Of a stretch of DNA of 62,355 bases, positions 47,652 to 57,261 are shown one piece after another. The number at the start of each line of letters is the position of its first letter. Position 1 is the stretch's first letter. The stretch is from an uncultured delta proteobacterium (lineage in GTDB: Bacteria > Desulfobacterota > Binatia > UBA9968): NCBI GenBank assembly GCA_963737905.1, contig CAVTUQ010000045.1:1-62355 (forward strand). Reading direction: 5' to 3'. The position numbers and the translations under genes are program-made. The notes beneath the pieces were generated by a model. It was given only the letters and a program-made list of their open reading frames with translations. It was not told the DNA's origin and did not search any database.

Positions 47652-49544
47652 TTAGCCGAACGTGATGATAAATTCCGAACCGCCGCCTTGGCGGGGTTCT
47701 ACCCAGGCGCTGCCGCCGTGCCGCTCGGCAATCTGGCGCACGATGGCGAGTCCAGCACCCGTCCCTTCGACATCGCGCCCTACAGCCCGCTGGAAAAGTT
47801 GAAATATCCGCTCGGCATGCTCGGGCGCAATCCCCGGACCACGATCGCGCACCACGATACCGATCGCATTTCCACCCGACCCCTGAGGGCGATAGGGCGC
47901 GACCTCCACATCAGGCGCTTCGCCCTCGGAGGTGAACTTCAGAGCATTAGCGATAAGGTTGTAGACTGCTTGGGTCGCCCATGTCTTGTCCACTCGCAGT
48001 CCCTGAAAGTCTTTTGCCACGTGAATCCGAGCCCGGGTGGCGTTGATCTTGCCTTCGAGACGCTTTAGAGCCTCGCTTACGATGCTTGCACCGTCAACTT
48101 CCTCACTGGGCACGCCGATCCGCTGCGAACGGGAGAGCGTCAGGATATCATCGAGAAGACGGTTCAACCGTTGAGCTCCTGATATGACGCGGCGCAAGAA
48201 ATCCTGACCTTTATCGTCAAGCCGGTCGCCGTACCGGTCATTGATGATGCGCGAGAAGTTCTCGATGGCACGTAGCGGCTCTCTCAGGTCGTGGGAGGTC
48301 ACATAAAGCAAGGTCTCGAGGTCACGGTTCTTGGCGGCGATTTCTGCCTTGGCTCGTCCTCTCTCGGCGATTTCACACTCCAATCCGGCGTTGAGACGCG
48401 ATAATTCCTCTTTCTGTCGCGCCATGACAATTAACAATTCATCCTTCGCCTTATTTGACTGCTCCAGCTCAGCCGCCTGCTTTCTCGTTTGCTCAAACAG
48501 CCGGGCATTTTCAATGGCGACTCCGATCACGCTCCCGATCGCCTGGAGCAATGCCACTTCATTGGGGGTAAAGGGGCTTGATTGATCGTCGGAAATGCCT
48601 AGAACTCCAACGACCTTTGTTCCGGCCTTGACGGGAATCCACGCCACCGATTGAGTCCTGGCCAGGAGCCCTGAAACTCCAGGCCCTACGTGATCGTTGA
48701 TGACCAGCGGCTTTCCCGATGCGAAAACCTGTTCGCTCATGGGGTGCGGCGTTATCGCACGGAGCGCTGCTATTTCTTCTTCCGTAAACCCTCGATAAGC
48801 GACCAGGTTGACCTCACCGGTGAGCGGATCTTTGAGTCTGAAGTTAATCCGCCGCCGCTCCGTTACCATAACGGTTTTATCCGCCGCGATCTCAAACAGC
48901 TCTTTGAGCTCGAGAACCTGGCTGGTAGCGGTGGCGATAACGTTCAACGCTTCTTGTTCTTTGGCTCGCCGTTCCACCGCCTCGAACCATCTCACCTTTT
49001 GAACGGCAATCCCCGCTTGGGTTCCAATGACTTCGAGGAGACGGATTTTGCTGGGTTCAAACTCTCTGGCCTGGCGGCAACCGAGATACATGACGCCCAA
49101 CGCATCCTGATCCGTGCGAAGCGGAACGATCACCAAAGAGCGCACGTCTTCGCGTCTAAAAGTACGTATTCCACCCGTCTTATGGAGATCGACTACACGA
49201 ATCTCCTTTGTTGCTATGACTCGATCAACGACCCCAGCGGTTGATTGCTCCCGCATATGTTCGCGATACGCCGTCAAATTCTCGTGATCGCGAAATCCAA
49301 AGTGCGCGACGGCTTCCAGCGTCTGTCGGGCTGTAGTCACAAAGCAAATCATTCCGATATCGAAGCCACCGATTTCGGAAGCTTTATTCAGAATTCCCTC
49401 CGTCATGACTTTGAGATCGAGGGAATGCAGAATCGTACGGCTGATCTCTTGCAGCGTCTGAAGCTCACTAGAGCCGGCCACTTGATTATCGGCTGTGTGA
49501 AGCGGGTGACGCTCAAAATTGGTGGGAGTATCGAGATGACTCAT
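47652..49544 (-). CDS. GAF-GAF histidine kinase with a phytochrome-type kinase core
   Basis: Two GAF-like repeats; SHDLREPLRAI, NLIANALKF, FQLFQR, GTGAGLAI. Confidence 0.9.
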   Translation of the reverse strand: MSHLDTPTNFERHPLHTADNQVAGSSELQTLQEISRTILHSLDLKVMTEGILNKASEIGGFDIGMICFVTTARQTLEAVAHFGFRDHENLTAYREHMREQSTAGVVDRVIATKEIRVVDLHKTGGIRTFRREDVRSLVIVPLRTDQDALGVMYLGCRQAREFEPSKIRLLEVIGTQAGIAVQKVRWFEAVERRAKEQEALNVIATATSQVLELKELFEIAADKTVMVTERRRINFRLKDPLTGEVNLVAYRGFTEEEIAALRAITPHPMSEQVFASGKPLVINDHVGPGVSGLLARTQSVAWIPVKAGTKVVGVLGISDDQSSPFTPNEVALLQAIGSVIGVAIENARLFEQTRKQAAELEQSNKAKDELLIVMARQKEELSRLNAGLECEIAERGRAKAEIAAKNRDLETLLYVTSHDLREPLRAIENFSRIINDRYGDRLDDKGQDFLRRVISGAQRLNRLLDDILTLSRSQRIGVPSEEVDGASIVSEALKRLEGKINATRARIHVAKDFQGLRVDKTWATQAVYNLIANALKFTSEGEAPDVEVAPYRPQGSGGNAIGIVVRDRGPGIAPEHAERIFQLFQRAVGRDVEGTGAGLAIVRQIAERHGGSAWVEPRQGGGSEFIITFG

Positions 49545-49614
49545 AAGGGCTCCGCTCCGCGATCATCAAAGTTATCGAAGCTCCGCATTCGTCGACCCAT
49601 CGTTGTGGCTAATT

Positions 49615-52314
49615 TCAATGCAGTCCAGAGATCGATGGGATGACTGGCAGGGAAAACCAAACCGTCGCGCCGTTCCCCTGTTGGCTTTCAGCCCAGATTC
49701 GTCCGCCATGAGCCTCGACGATCTTTTTGCAGATCACCAATCCGAGACCCGTGCCTTTGTGCCCGGAGTTTCTTCCGCTTGAGACCTGCCGGTACTTTTC
49801 AAATATCTCGCCGATTTCATCGCTGGCGATGCCGATCCCCGTGTCTTTGACCCACACGTTAACCTCGTTGTCGCTACCGCGGCCGGCGCCCACCTCGATA
49901 TCACCGCCATCGTCGGAAAATTTGAACGCGTTGCTGAGAAGATTGCTTAATACCTGGTTGAAGCGCCGGGGATCCAGCCAGATCCTCGGCAGTTCTATGT
50001 CGATCTGGCTCCTGAGTGAAATCTGACGTTTATCGGCCTGGATCGAGTGCTCCCCCAAGATTTCGTGGATCAGCGCCTCGAGATCAACGGGCTTTTTGGC
50101 CAACTCGATGTGTCCGGCATCGATTTTTGAAAGATCCAAAAAATCGCTGACATGTTCGATCAGGCTTTTGCAGTTGGTCTCGATCTTCCAAAGCCATTTG
50201 CTCTGCTGCTCATTGACCGGCCCAAACAATCCATCTTGGAGCGACTCCGCAATCGACACCACATTGGACAGAGGTGATCGCAGATCATGGACCACCATGG
50301 CGGTAAAATCTGCCAGCGTTTTCTCTGCCCGGTTGCGTTCTTCTACCTCCTCCTTGAGATGAGCGTTGACTTCCACCGTGGTGCCATAAAGTTGCGCATT
50401 CTCGATGGCCAGAGCTATTTGTTGCCCCAAGGCTTGAAGAAACTGTGACTCCTCAGGACCCAACGTCTGAGCTCTCCGGCTCATTAAGGTAAGCGTGCTT
50501 CGACGCTGCTCGTCACCGGACAACGGCAGCACGGCCAACGCCCTCATTCCAATCGCCTGCAGCGCTTTTAGCTCCGGCAGAACCGCGACATCTTCGACGA
50601 ACCACGGCTCCCTACAGGCGATGAGCTTTTTTTCAAAATCATCTCCCAGGCGCGCCAGTAGCTGCATTTGCTCCGCTGACGATCGTGACGCGCAACCGGC
50701 AGCGTAAACCGCGGGAGTGAGTGATTTTCCCGAAAAGTGTATGTGGGCAACATCAAAACCAGATGCAGAAACGACTCGATCCAAGGCATATTGGATCACC
50801 TCATCGAGGGCGAGCGTTTTCCCCATTTCTTGTCCAAGGGTGTAGAGCGCTTCCATTTGACTGGCATGGGCACGAAGCTTCTCCTCCACTTTTCTGAGCG
50901 CGGTGATATCGCGACCGATGGTCGAAGCGCCGACGACTTTGCCTTCATAGTCCCGGATCGGGGATATGGACGCCGAGACGTACAACCGGCGGCCGTCTTT
51001 TCTGATCCGCTCCGTTTCATAACGATTGATCCCCTTTCCTTGCTTGACGATTTCCAACAGCTGGGGAATTTCGTTGGGTCGGTCCGGCGGGTTCAATATC
51101 GTAATCGGGCGGGCCTTAACTTCTTCGGCCGTGTAACCGTACATCATCTCCGCGCCGTCGTTCCAACTGGTAATCGTGCCGTCTAACGATTTTCCAATGA
51201 TCGCATCTTCCGAAGACTCGACAATCGAAGCCAACTGGAGACGCGCTTCTTCAGCCCTGGCATGCTCGCGAACGTATTCAACGACATACCGATTGCCGAC
51301 GAACCACGCCGTCGCGAGAGCCAAAAAACAGGCGACTCCCAGCCAGACGAGGTTTTGTTGCAACGTGCGGTTGACCTGGGCGAAAGCAATCTCCTTCGGA
51401 ATACCGACAACGACATGGATCCGCCCAGCCTGCGGCTCCCCACTCAGACTTGTGAACGCGTAAAGCCGCTCCACACCATCCACTCCTGTCAGCTCCCGGG
51501 TGGCTTGATTGCCCAGCTGGAGAAGCTGGAACAGAGGTGCGTCTGGAACAGGCCTTCCTGCCCACTTCTCGGAATCCGGGAATCGAGCCAGGATGGTACC
51601 CTGACTATCCAAAATGGATAGCGATGCCCCCTCACGCAATCGAGCTTCTGCAGCCAACTGGGTCAGCCAAGTCAAGTCCAGCGCCGCATAAACCACCCCC
51701 TCCAGTTCCCCGGATCGATTCAGTATAGGATAGCCAAAATTGACGCTTCCGCTGCCGGTAACTTTTCCCACCTGGTAATCTCCGATCGCAAAGCCCTTGG
51801 AATCCTTCGCCCTGCGAAAATAGGAACGTTCGGCAAGATTAAGATGGCCAGCAAATCCGACGGCGCTGCAGACCAGATTGCCTTCGGCATCGATACGACC
51901 GAGATTCCCATAAACGCTGTAGCGATCTGTGAGATCTTTCACAAACCGATTGCAGACCGCCGAGTCGCCATGCGCCACTTCAGGCACTTCCGCCAGTACA
52001 GCCAATAATTGGCGTGCGGAATCGATGAATCGTGCTTGTCGGCTGGCGGCAATCTCAACGATTCGCTCGGCATCTTCCTGAATCCTCGCGGCGCTCACAT
52101 CGCGATCTCGTCTCGCGTTGTGGAGGATAAGGATGAGCGCCGGGACGATGCCAATAAAAACTAACAAAATGAGGCGACCACGAAGTCCGTACGTGGAAGA
52201 CCAATCCGGCGAGGATTTTTCTTTTTGAAGTGTCTTCACCCTTGGAATCCGAAGACTAAACCGCCGGCACACCAACCGTGAATGTGAAGCCCTTGTCCAC
52301 TTCCGAGAGCACAC
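49615..52314 (-). CDS. Membrane Cache-PAS-GAF histidine kinase (start uncertain)
   Basis: TM-Cache-TM, PAS (SSEDAIIG...ITSWN.GAE.MYGY), GAF, VHDLRSPL, NAFKF, GTGLGL. Confidence 0.9.
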   Translation of the reverse strand: MCSRKWTRASHSRLVCRRFSLRIPRVKTLQKEKSSPDWSSTYGLRGRLILLVFIGIVPALILILHNARRDRDVSAARIQEDAERIVEIAASRQARFIDSARQLLAVLAEVPEVAHGDSAVCNRFVKDLTDRYSVYGNLGRIDAEGNLVCSAVGFAGHLNLAERSYFRRAKDSKGFAIGDYQVGKVTGSGSVNFGYPILNRSGELEGVVYAALDLTWLTQLAAEARLREGASLSILDSQGTILARFPDSEKWAGRPVPDAPLFQLLQLGNQATRELTGVDGVERLYAFTSLSGEPQAGRIHVVVGIPKEIAFAQVNRTLQQNLVWLGVACFLALATAWFVGNRYVVEYVREHARAEEARLQLASIVESSEDAIIGKSLDGTITSWNDGAEMMYGYTAEEVKARPITILNPPDRPNEIPQLLEIVKQGKGINRYETERIRKDGRRLYVSASISPIRDYEGKVVGASTIGRDITALRKVEEKLRAHASQMEALYTLGQEMGKTLALDEVIQYALDRVVSASGFDVAHIHFSGKSLTPAVYAAGCASRSSAEQMQLLARLGDDFEKKLIACREPWFVEDVAVLPELKALQAIGMRALAVLPLSGDEQRRSTLTLMSRRAQTLGPEESQFLQALGQQIALAIENAQLYGTTVEVNAHLKEEVEERNRAEKTLADFTAMVVHDLRSPLSNVVSIAESLQDGLFGPVNEQQSKWLWKIETNCKSLIEHVSDFLDLSKIDAGHIELAKKPVDLEALIHEILGEHSIQADKRQISLRSQIDIELPRIWLDPRRFNQVLSNLLSNAFKFSDDGGDIEVGAGRGSDNEVNVWVKDTGIGIASDEIGEIFEKYRQVSSGRNSGHKGTGLGLVICKKIVEAHGGRIWAESQQGNGATVWFSLPVIPSISGLH

Positions 52315-52320
52315 GAACTT

Positions 52321-52542
52321 TTATAGTTCGCCACTTCGCTTTTCCGCCTCAACAACCGGACCTTCTCTACTTTCCACCCATTGCCGCAGTTGCGTTTCAC
52401 GCAAACGCCACTGCCCTCCGACTTTGAAAGCCGGAAGTTCCCGGTTGCGAATCATTCTCTGCAGTGTCCGCGTGGAAACCTGTAGAAGGTTTGCAGCTTC
52501 AGCAAGAGTGAGTAACCGAATGTTCTCTAGTTTCTGTTCCAT
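52321..52542 (-). CDS. Excisionase-family (HTH_17) DNA-binding protein
   Basis: LLTLAEAANLLQVSTRTLQRMI...LPAFKVGGQWR; GAGGAG RBS 6 nt before ATG 52542. Confidence 0.88.
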   Translation of the reverse strand: MEQKLENIRLLTLAEAANLLQVSTRTLQRMIRNRELPAFKVGGQWRLRETQLRQWVESREGPVVEAEKRSGEL

Positions 52543-52566
52543 CGAGAACTCCTCGAGAGGACCAAA

Positions 52567-52583
52567 CGCAATGCCAATGCCAG
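52567..52583 (-). promoter_or_regulatory. Putative sigma54 (-24/-12) promoter
   Basis: Minus strand reads CTGGCATTGGCATTGCG, i.e. TGGCA-N6-TTGC with exact GG-N10-GC spacing, just upstream of the HTH gene RBS. Confidence 0.65.
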
Positions 52584-52812
52584 CAAAAACTTGCATCTAA
52601 CTGGCTGTTTTCGAAAGAGAAGTGCAGCAGAGGCTTGAAGTTTCCAAGTACAAAAATGGACAACCCGGGACAAACCACGACTGCCTAGTTCAGCGGAGGA
52701 CCAACTTGGAAAACACTGCACAAAGGGTTCGGTGTCGCGCGAAAGTGAACCGAATTGGCGTCGACCGGGGATAAACCGCAAGACGATTACACAGAAAGGA
52801 GAGGTGACCAAA

Positions 52813-54745
52813 TTATTGCTGGTAAAAAACTTCTCCGGCCTTGACCGGATCGTAGCCGCCGAGGGAGACGACGGCTGCCTTTAGGGAATCGGAGCGAATG
52901 ATTGCCATCAGCTGCACACCTCTTGCGGATTCATAAAACGAGCGGAGACACAGCAAGTCGTACTGCTCGTTGGCCAATGGAATGAAATCGAGCCCGAGGG
53001 CCTGGGCTGCGGCCCGCACGCCGAGGCCGGCATCGGCCAAACCGCTAGCGACAGCTACCCCGACCGCCATATGGGTAAACTCCTCCCGCTCGTACCCATG
53101 AATGGAGGCCGGGTCAATTCTCAATCTCTTGAGCTCGTAATCAAGCAACACACGCGTCCCGGAGCCTGGTTGCCGGTTGACAAACCGGCAACCCGTGCGG
53201 GCGAGATCGTGCAAACCGTCAATCGATTTCGGATTGCCACGCCGCACCAGAATCCCTTGTTCTCGTTGAGCCAGATGAACCAGGACGACCGGAGTCTTGG
53301 GAATCGTTCTTTTGATGTCGGGGATGTTGTAGATACCGGTCTCCGGGTCAAGCAAATGAGTGCCGGCGATATGGGTTTCGCCTCGCTGCAAAGCCAGCAA
53401 GCCCCCCAGGCTGCCGACGTTCGTTGCCGCAATCTTCAGTTCTGGATGTCTGAGCTTGAGCTGGTCTTCGAGGACTCCGATAGCCGGGTCGTGACTGCCC
53501 GTGCACAGAATCGTATTCTCAATTTCTTCTTCCGACCGGAGCAAGCTTACTTCAACTTCCTCGCCTGCATTGACTCCTTCGACGAAGCTCGGAATGCTTA
53601 ACAGCCCATCCGCGCGCACCATTGTGGTGATAACTCCAGCTCCTCGTGCGAGGGGCAGCGCAACCAATTTTTCTCCCACGCGTCCCAGGGTCACTCGGAT
53701 AAATTCCTCGAGGCCGAGATGAGACGCGAGCTTTTTCGGCACGAGGGCACGAACGGTAGGGTACGATGGCGCCGCGCAACCGAGAAACTTCTCCAGCCCC
53801 GGCTTTAGGATTTCGCGAGCGATGACGATCGCCGACACTGGATACCCGGGAAGGCCGATGACCGGCTTGCCGTCCGCCGCGCCCAAAACCGCGGGTTTTC
53901 CAGGCATCACGTCGATGCCATGCGCCCACAGCTCGCCCGCAGCGGCGACTACGTCAGCGGTCAAGTCATGCTCGCCGGCGGAAGAGCCGGCGATGATCGT
54001 AGCCACATCACATTCCTCAGCCGCCCGAACCAGCGCTTGCTTGAGCAACAGACGCGTCGTCTTTCACCTTGGGATACTTAACCGGAACTCCGCCCCACTC
54101 GCGCACGAAGGCTGCCAATACGGTGGAGTTGAACTCGATGACCGCTCCCGGTTTCGCTTCTTCACCTGGTTGAATCAACTCGTCCCCCGTAGGAATGATT
54201 CCCACTTTGGGATGGGCCTTCACCCGTACGGAGGTGTGCCCCGACGCCAGCAATGCGCCCAAATCGTAAGGTCGCAGCCGGTGGGAGCGCGGCAACAGCA
54301 GTTCGGTGGCGACTACGTCCTCGCCGACCAGCCGGACATGGTTCCAGGGCGCCACCGCCTCGAAAATCTCAACCGTTTCATGATCGAGTTGCCGCACTTT
54401 TTCAATCATGATGACTGCGTTGGCCCAATCAGGGAGAGAGTTGCCCGTGTCCACATAAGCGAAGCCGCCCGCCCCCGGCGAATCGTCCCGGGCGCGGGTG
54501 AGTTTCTTTCCGACGAACTCAGTGGCGCCAAACGTATCCTCGGCGCGGACGCAGATACCGTCCATGGCGGCGGCATGGTAGTGGGGCGAAGAAATTTTCG
54601 CGAACACGGGTTGTGCGGTAATGCGATCGAGCGCGTCCTCAACCGGGACCGTCTCGCTGGCTAATTTTGACGGATCGATCCCTGCCAAAAAAAGCCTTTT
54701 GGCCTCTTCCAAAGGAGTTTTCTTTAAATATCGCTTACGCGCCAT
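52813..54745 (-). pseudogene. moeA: MoeA fused to a periplasmic-binding-like (PBP) domain, split by a frameshift at ~54052 (possibly a sequencing error)
   Basis: The 5' ORF has AAMDG and IIPTGDEL...EFNS. The 3' ORF continues with AGSSAG..D, PGKP, GLPGYPVS, then the PBP domain (GSHD, GSLGGL, FVNRQPGSGTR). Junction reads GAC GAC GCG T CTG TTG CTC AAG. Confidence 0.85.
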
Positions 54746-54755
54746 CGCTTCTCCG

Positions 54756-54826
54756 GTTTCGCGTTCCGAGTCTCAAGTTTCGAGGTTGGGAGGAGAACTC
54801 GAAACCCAAAACGCGAGACTCGAAAC
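54756..54826. repeat. Tandem heptamer palindrome (GTTTCGA / ACTCGAA family)
   Basis: GTTTCGC GTTCCGA GTCTCAA GTTTCGA, a spacer, then ACTCGAA ACCCAAA ACGCGAG ACTCGAA AC, abutting the moeA stop codon. Confidence 0.8.
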
Positions 54827-56064
54827 TAGAATAATATGACTTCCACCTCTTCGCCTTGCTCCAGCCCATCCTGGTTGAGATCGATCCGAATCATCCCATC
54901 CGCCTTCACCAAAGTGAAGATAGCGCCCGACTTGCTCGGCAGAGGCGTCGCCAGCCAGCGTTCGGAATCACGCTCCAAAATCACACGGACATAATCTTCC
55001 CGGCCCACTTGTGAAGCGATGTTGGTTTTCAAAGTCGCGCGCAGAGTTTTCGAAAATTCAGTCACCACCGCCTCGTCTTCGCCGCCCAGTCTGCGGATCA
55101 ACGGCGCGGCGAAAAGATCGAAGATCACCAACGCGGACACCGGATAGCCCGGCAGTCCCACGATCGGCTTGCCGCACGCCTTGGCAAAAATCGTCGGCTT
55201 GCCGGGACTGACGGAGATCCCATGAAAGATAAATTCTGAATCGGGAAAGGATAGAATGGCATCCAGCGCGATATCCTTCGCGCCCATCGAACTCCCTCCG
55301 GAAAGTAGCACCAGATCGCTCCACTCGAGGGCTTCCCCGATGGCCCGGATCAACTGATCTTTGTCGTCGCGGATGACGCCCCAATCCCGCAATTCACCGC
55401 CGCAATTTTCGATGAGACCGGCAAGCGAGTGTTGATTGATGTTGCGCACCTGTCCGGGCATGGGATCGGTGTCGGCGTCAACGATCTCATCGCCGGTGGA
55501 GATCAGCCCAATGCGCGGCCGCCTGTAAACCGGCACGGCAGAAATTCCGACGCCGGTCAACGCGCCCAAATCGTGCGCCCTGAGCCGCCGGCCGCGCTGG
55601 AAGACCAGCTCGCCTTTTTTGATGTCGTCGCCGATTTGGATAACGTTTTGCCAGGGCGAGACACTGCGATGAATTTCCACTAACCCAGCATCGGTTTCAT
55701 CGGTATATTCGACCATCACTACCGCGTCGCCCTCCGGCGGCATCATGCCGCCCGTGGAGATTCGTATCGCTTCGCCGCCTCCCAACGGCTGCGCCGCTTC
55801 CTTGCCCATCTCAACGACACCGGCAAGCTTCAAGTAAGCCGGCAGACTTTGACTCGCGCCGAATGTGTCCTTTGCCTTGACTGCGTAACCGTCCATGGCG
55901 GCGCGGTGGAAGTGCGGCAAATCGACGCTGGAATAAAGATCCTCGGCCAAAACACGAGCCCGCGCCCGGATGGTTGGAATCCGCTCCGTTCCCACGGGGG
56001 ACACTTGCAGAAGTGCTCTCAATGCTTCTTGAGGCGTTACGACTTTAAAAAAGGTCTGTGCCAC
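54826..56064 (-). CDS. moeA: Molybdopterin molybdo/tungsto-transferase MoeA
   Basis: RAAMDGYAV, ISTGG, DAVVMVE, ISTGDEI, SGGSSMG..D, PGKPT, GLPGYPVS. Confidence 0.95.
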   Translation of the reverse strand: MAQTFFKVVTPQEALRALLQVSPVGTERIPTIRARARVLAEDLYSSVDLPHFHRAAMDGYAVKAKDTFGASQSLPAYLKLAGVVEMGKEAAQPLGGGEAIRISTGGMMPPEGDAVVMVEYTDETDAGLVEIHRSVSPWQNVIQIGDDIKKGELVFQRGRRLRAHDLGALTGVGISAVPVYRRPRIGLISTGDEIVDADTDPMPGQVRNINQHSLAGLIENCGGELRDWGVIRDDKDQLIRAIGEALEWSDLVLLSGGSSMGAKDIALDAILSFPDSEFIFHGISVSPGKPTIFAKACGKPIVGLPGYPVSALVIFDLFAAPLIRRLGGEDEAVVTEFSKTLRATLKTNIASQVGREDYVRVILERDSERWLATPLPSKSGAIFTLVKADGMIRIDLNQDGLEQGEEVEVILF

Positions 56065-56254
56065 CTTGCATTACCCGACCAAGAATCATAAGCAGAACAA
56101 ACCATCGGAAGCAAATCGAGGAGCGGGGGTGGTTTCACTTGACAGGGCGAATTCCAAGTCAGAGAATCACGCCCGCACCAACGGCGGAGGCAACTTCACT
56201 TCCAGCCGCCGGGAGTCCGATGTAAGAGAAAAATTTACAAGGATAAGACAACTT

Positions 56255-57202
56255 ATGAATGAACCGATCAAGCTCTCTATCGCAGCGACCTCCAAGCGCG
56301 TCGATATCGCGAACGTTGTCAGTCTGACTTTCTTCAACAACGTCCAGTTGCCGCGCCAATCGCAGTTGGACGTCACCATGGGTTGGCGCGACTCGGAGCT
56401 CGGCGGCACCGGCCCAGCGATCCTGGTAGACAAGAAAGAGTATGACTTCGGATTCGGTAACCCGGTGGGATTATCGCGCATGGCCTATCTGGGCTGTGGC
56501 TTCTATAAGAAAAAAATCCCGCTCCGCGCCATCGGGGTGTTTCCGACCTGGGACCGGCTGATCTTCGCCGTGCGTAAGGACAGCGGCCTTCAATCCCTCG
56601 AAGACGTCAAAAGGCAAAAATATCCGCTGCGCATCTCCACCCGTCGCAAAGGAAAGTTGCAAACCACGCTCTACGTGATCGAAGAGGTTCTCAAAGCCTA
56701 CGGCATTCGACTCTCCGACATCGAGCGCTGGGGCGGCAAAGTCATGGAAGCCTCCAGCCCCAGCAGCCCGGAGCGGCTGGACGCAATCCGCCTTGGAAAA
56801 GCCGATGCGGTGTTCGACGAAGGGGTAAAAAGCTGGGGTCCCGCCGCGCTCAATGCGGGAATGCGATTCTTGCCCGTTGAGGATGCGGTTCTGCGGAAAA
56901 TGGAGAAGATCGGGTTTTCCAGCGCCATGCTGACGAGGAAGCACTATCCGAAGATGGATCGGGATATTCGCACCGTGGACTTTAGCGGTTGGACGTTTTT
57001 CTGCCACGCCGATTTGCCCTCCGATATCGCCTACCACATGGCGAAAGCGGTTGATCTCTGCTACAAGCAAATCCCGGTGGATCACTTCGACAAACGTTCC
57101 ATGACGATGCGCGAGTTTTGTCGCGGCGGGGAAGCCGGCCAGCTAAACATCCCACTGCATCCGGGTGCGAAAAAGTACTTCGCGGAACGAGGTTACCTGT
57201 AA
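56255..57202 (+). CDS. TAXI-family TRAP solute receptor-like protein (no obvious signal peptide)
   Basis: LRAI.VFP, FAVRKDSG..SLED, C-terminal IPLHPGAKKYFAERGYL; start taken at ATG 56255. Confidence 0.8.
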   Translation: MNEPIKLSIAATSKRVDIANVVSLTFFNNVQLPRQSQLDVTMGWRDSELGGTGPAILVDKKEYDFGFGNPVGLSRMAYLGCGFYKKKIPLRAIGVFPTWDRLIFAVRKDSGLQSLEDVKRQKYPLRISTRRKGKLQTTLYVIEEVLKAYGIRLSDIERWGGKVMEASSPSSPERLDAIRLGKADAVFDEGVKSWGPAALNAGMRFLPVEDAVLRKMEKIGFSSAMLTRKHYPKMDRDIRTVDFSGWTFFCHADLPSDIAYHMAKAVDLCYKQIPVDHFDKRSMTMREFCRGGEAGQLNIPLHPGAKKYFAERGYL

Positions 57203-57261
57203 ACGGCTCTGGAATTTGCAACGATGGGATAACGCCGATACCCACGTAAGGAGTAGAAGAG

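Noticed and set aside
47652-49544. Bacteriophytochrome
   Set aside because: The kinase core and Rcp partner are phytochrome-like, but I found no DIP or PRxSF motifs and no PAS-GAF-PHY layout.
52321-52542. Excisionase-like HTH as evidence of a prophage or ICE
   Set aside because: No integrase, att-like repeat, tRNA or phage gene nearby; it reads as the first gene of a signalling operon.
52724-52800. Two small hairpins plus GAAAGGAG, considered as a Moco/Wco or c-di-GMP riboswitch
   Set aside because: They are on the strand opposite the flanking genes and downstream of moeA, and I could not match the consensus by eye; an Infernal search would settle it.
600-54060. Programmed frameshifting or phase variation as the explanation for the frameshifts
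   Set aside because: None of the junctions has a slippery heptamer, homopolymer or SSR; assembly error is the simpler explanation.
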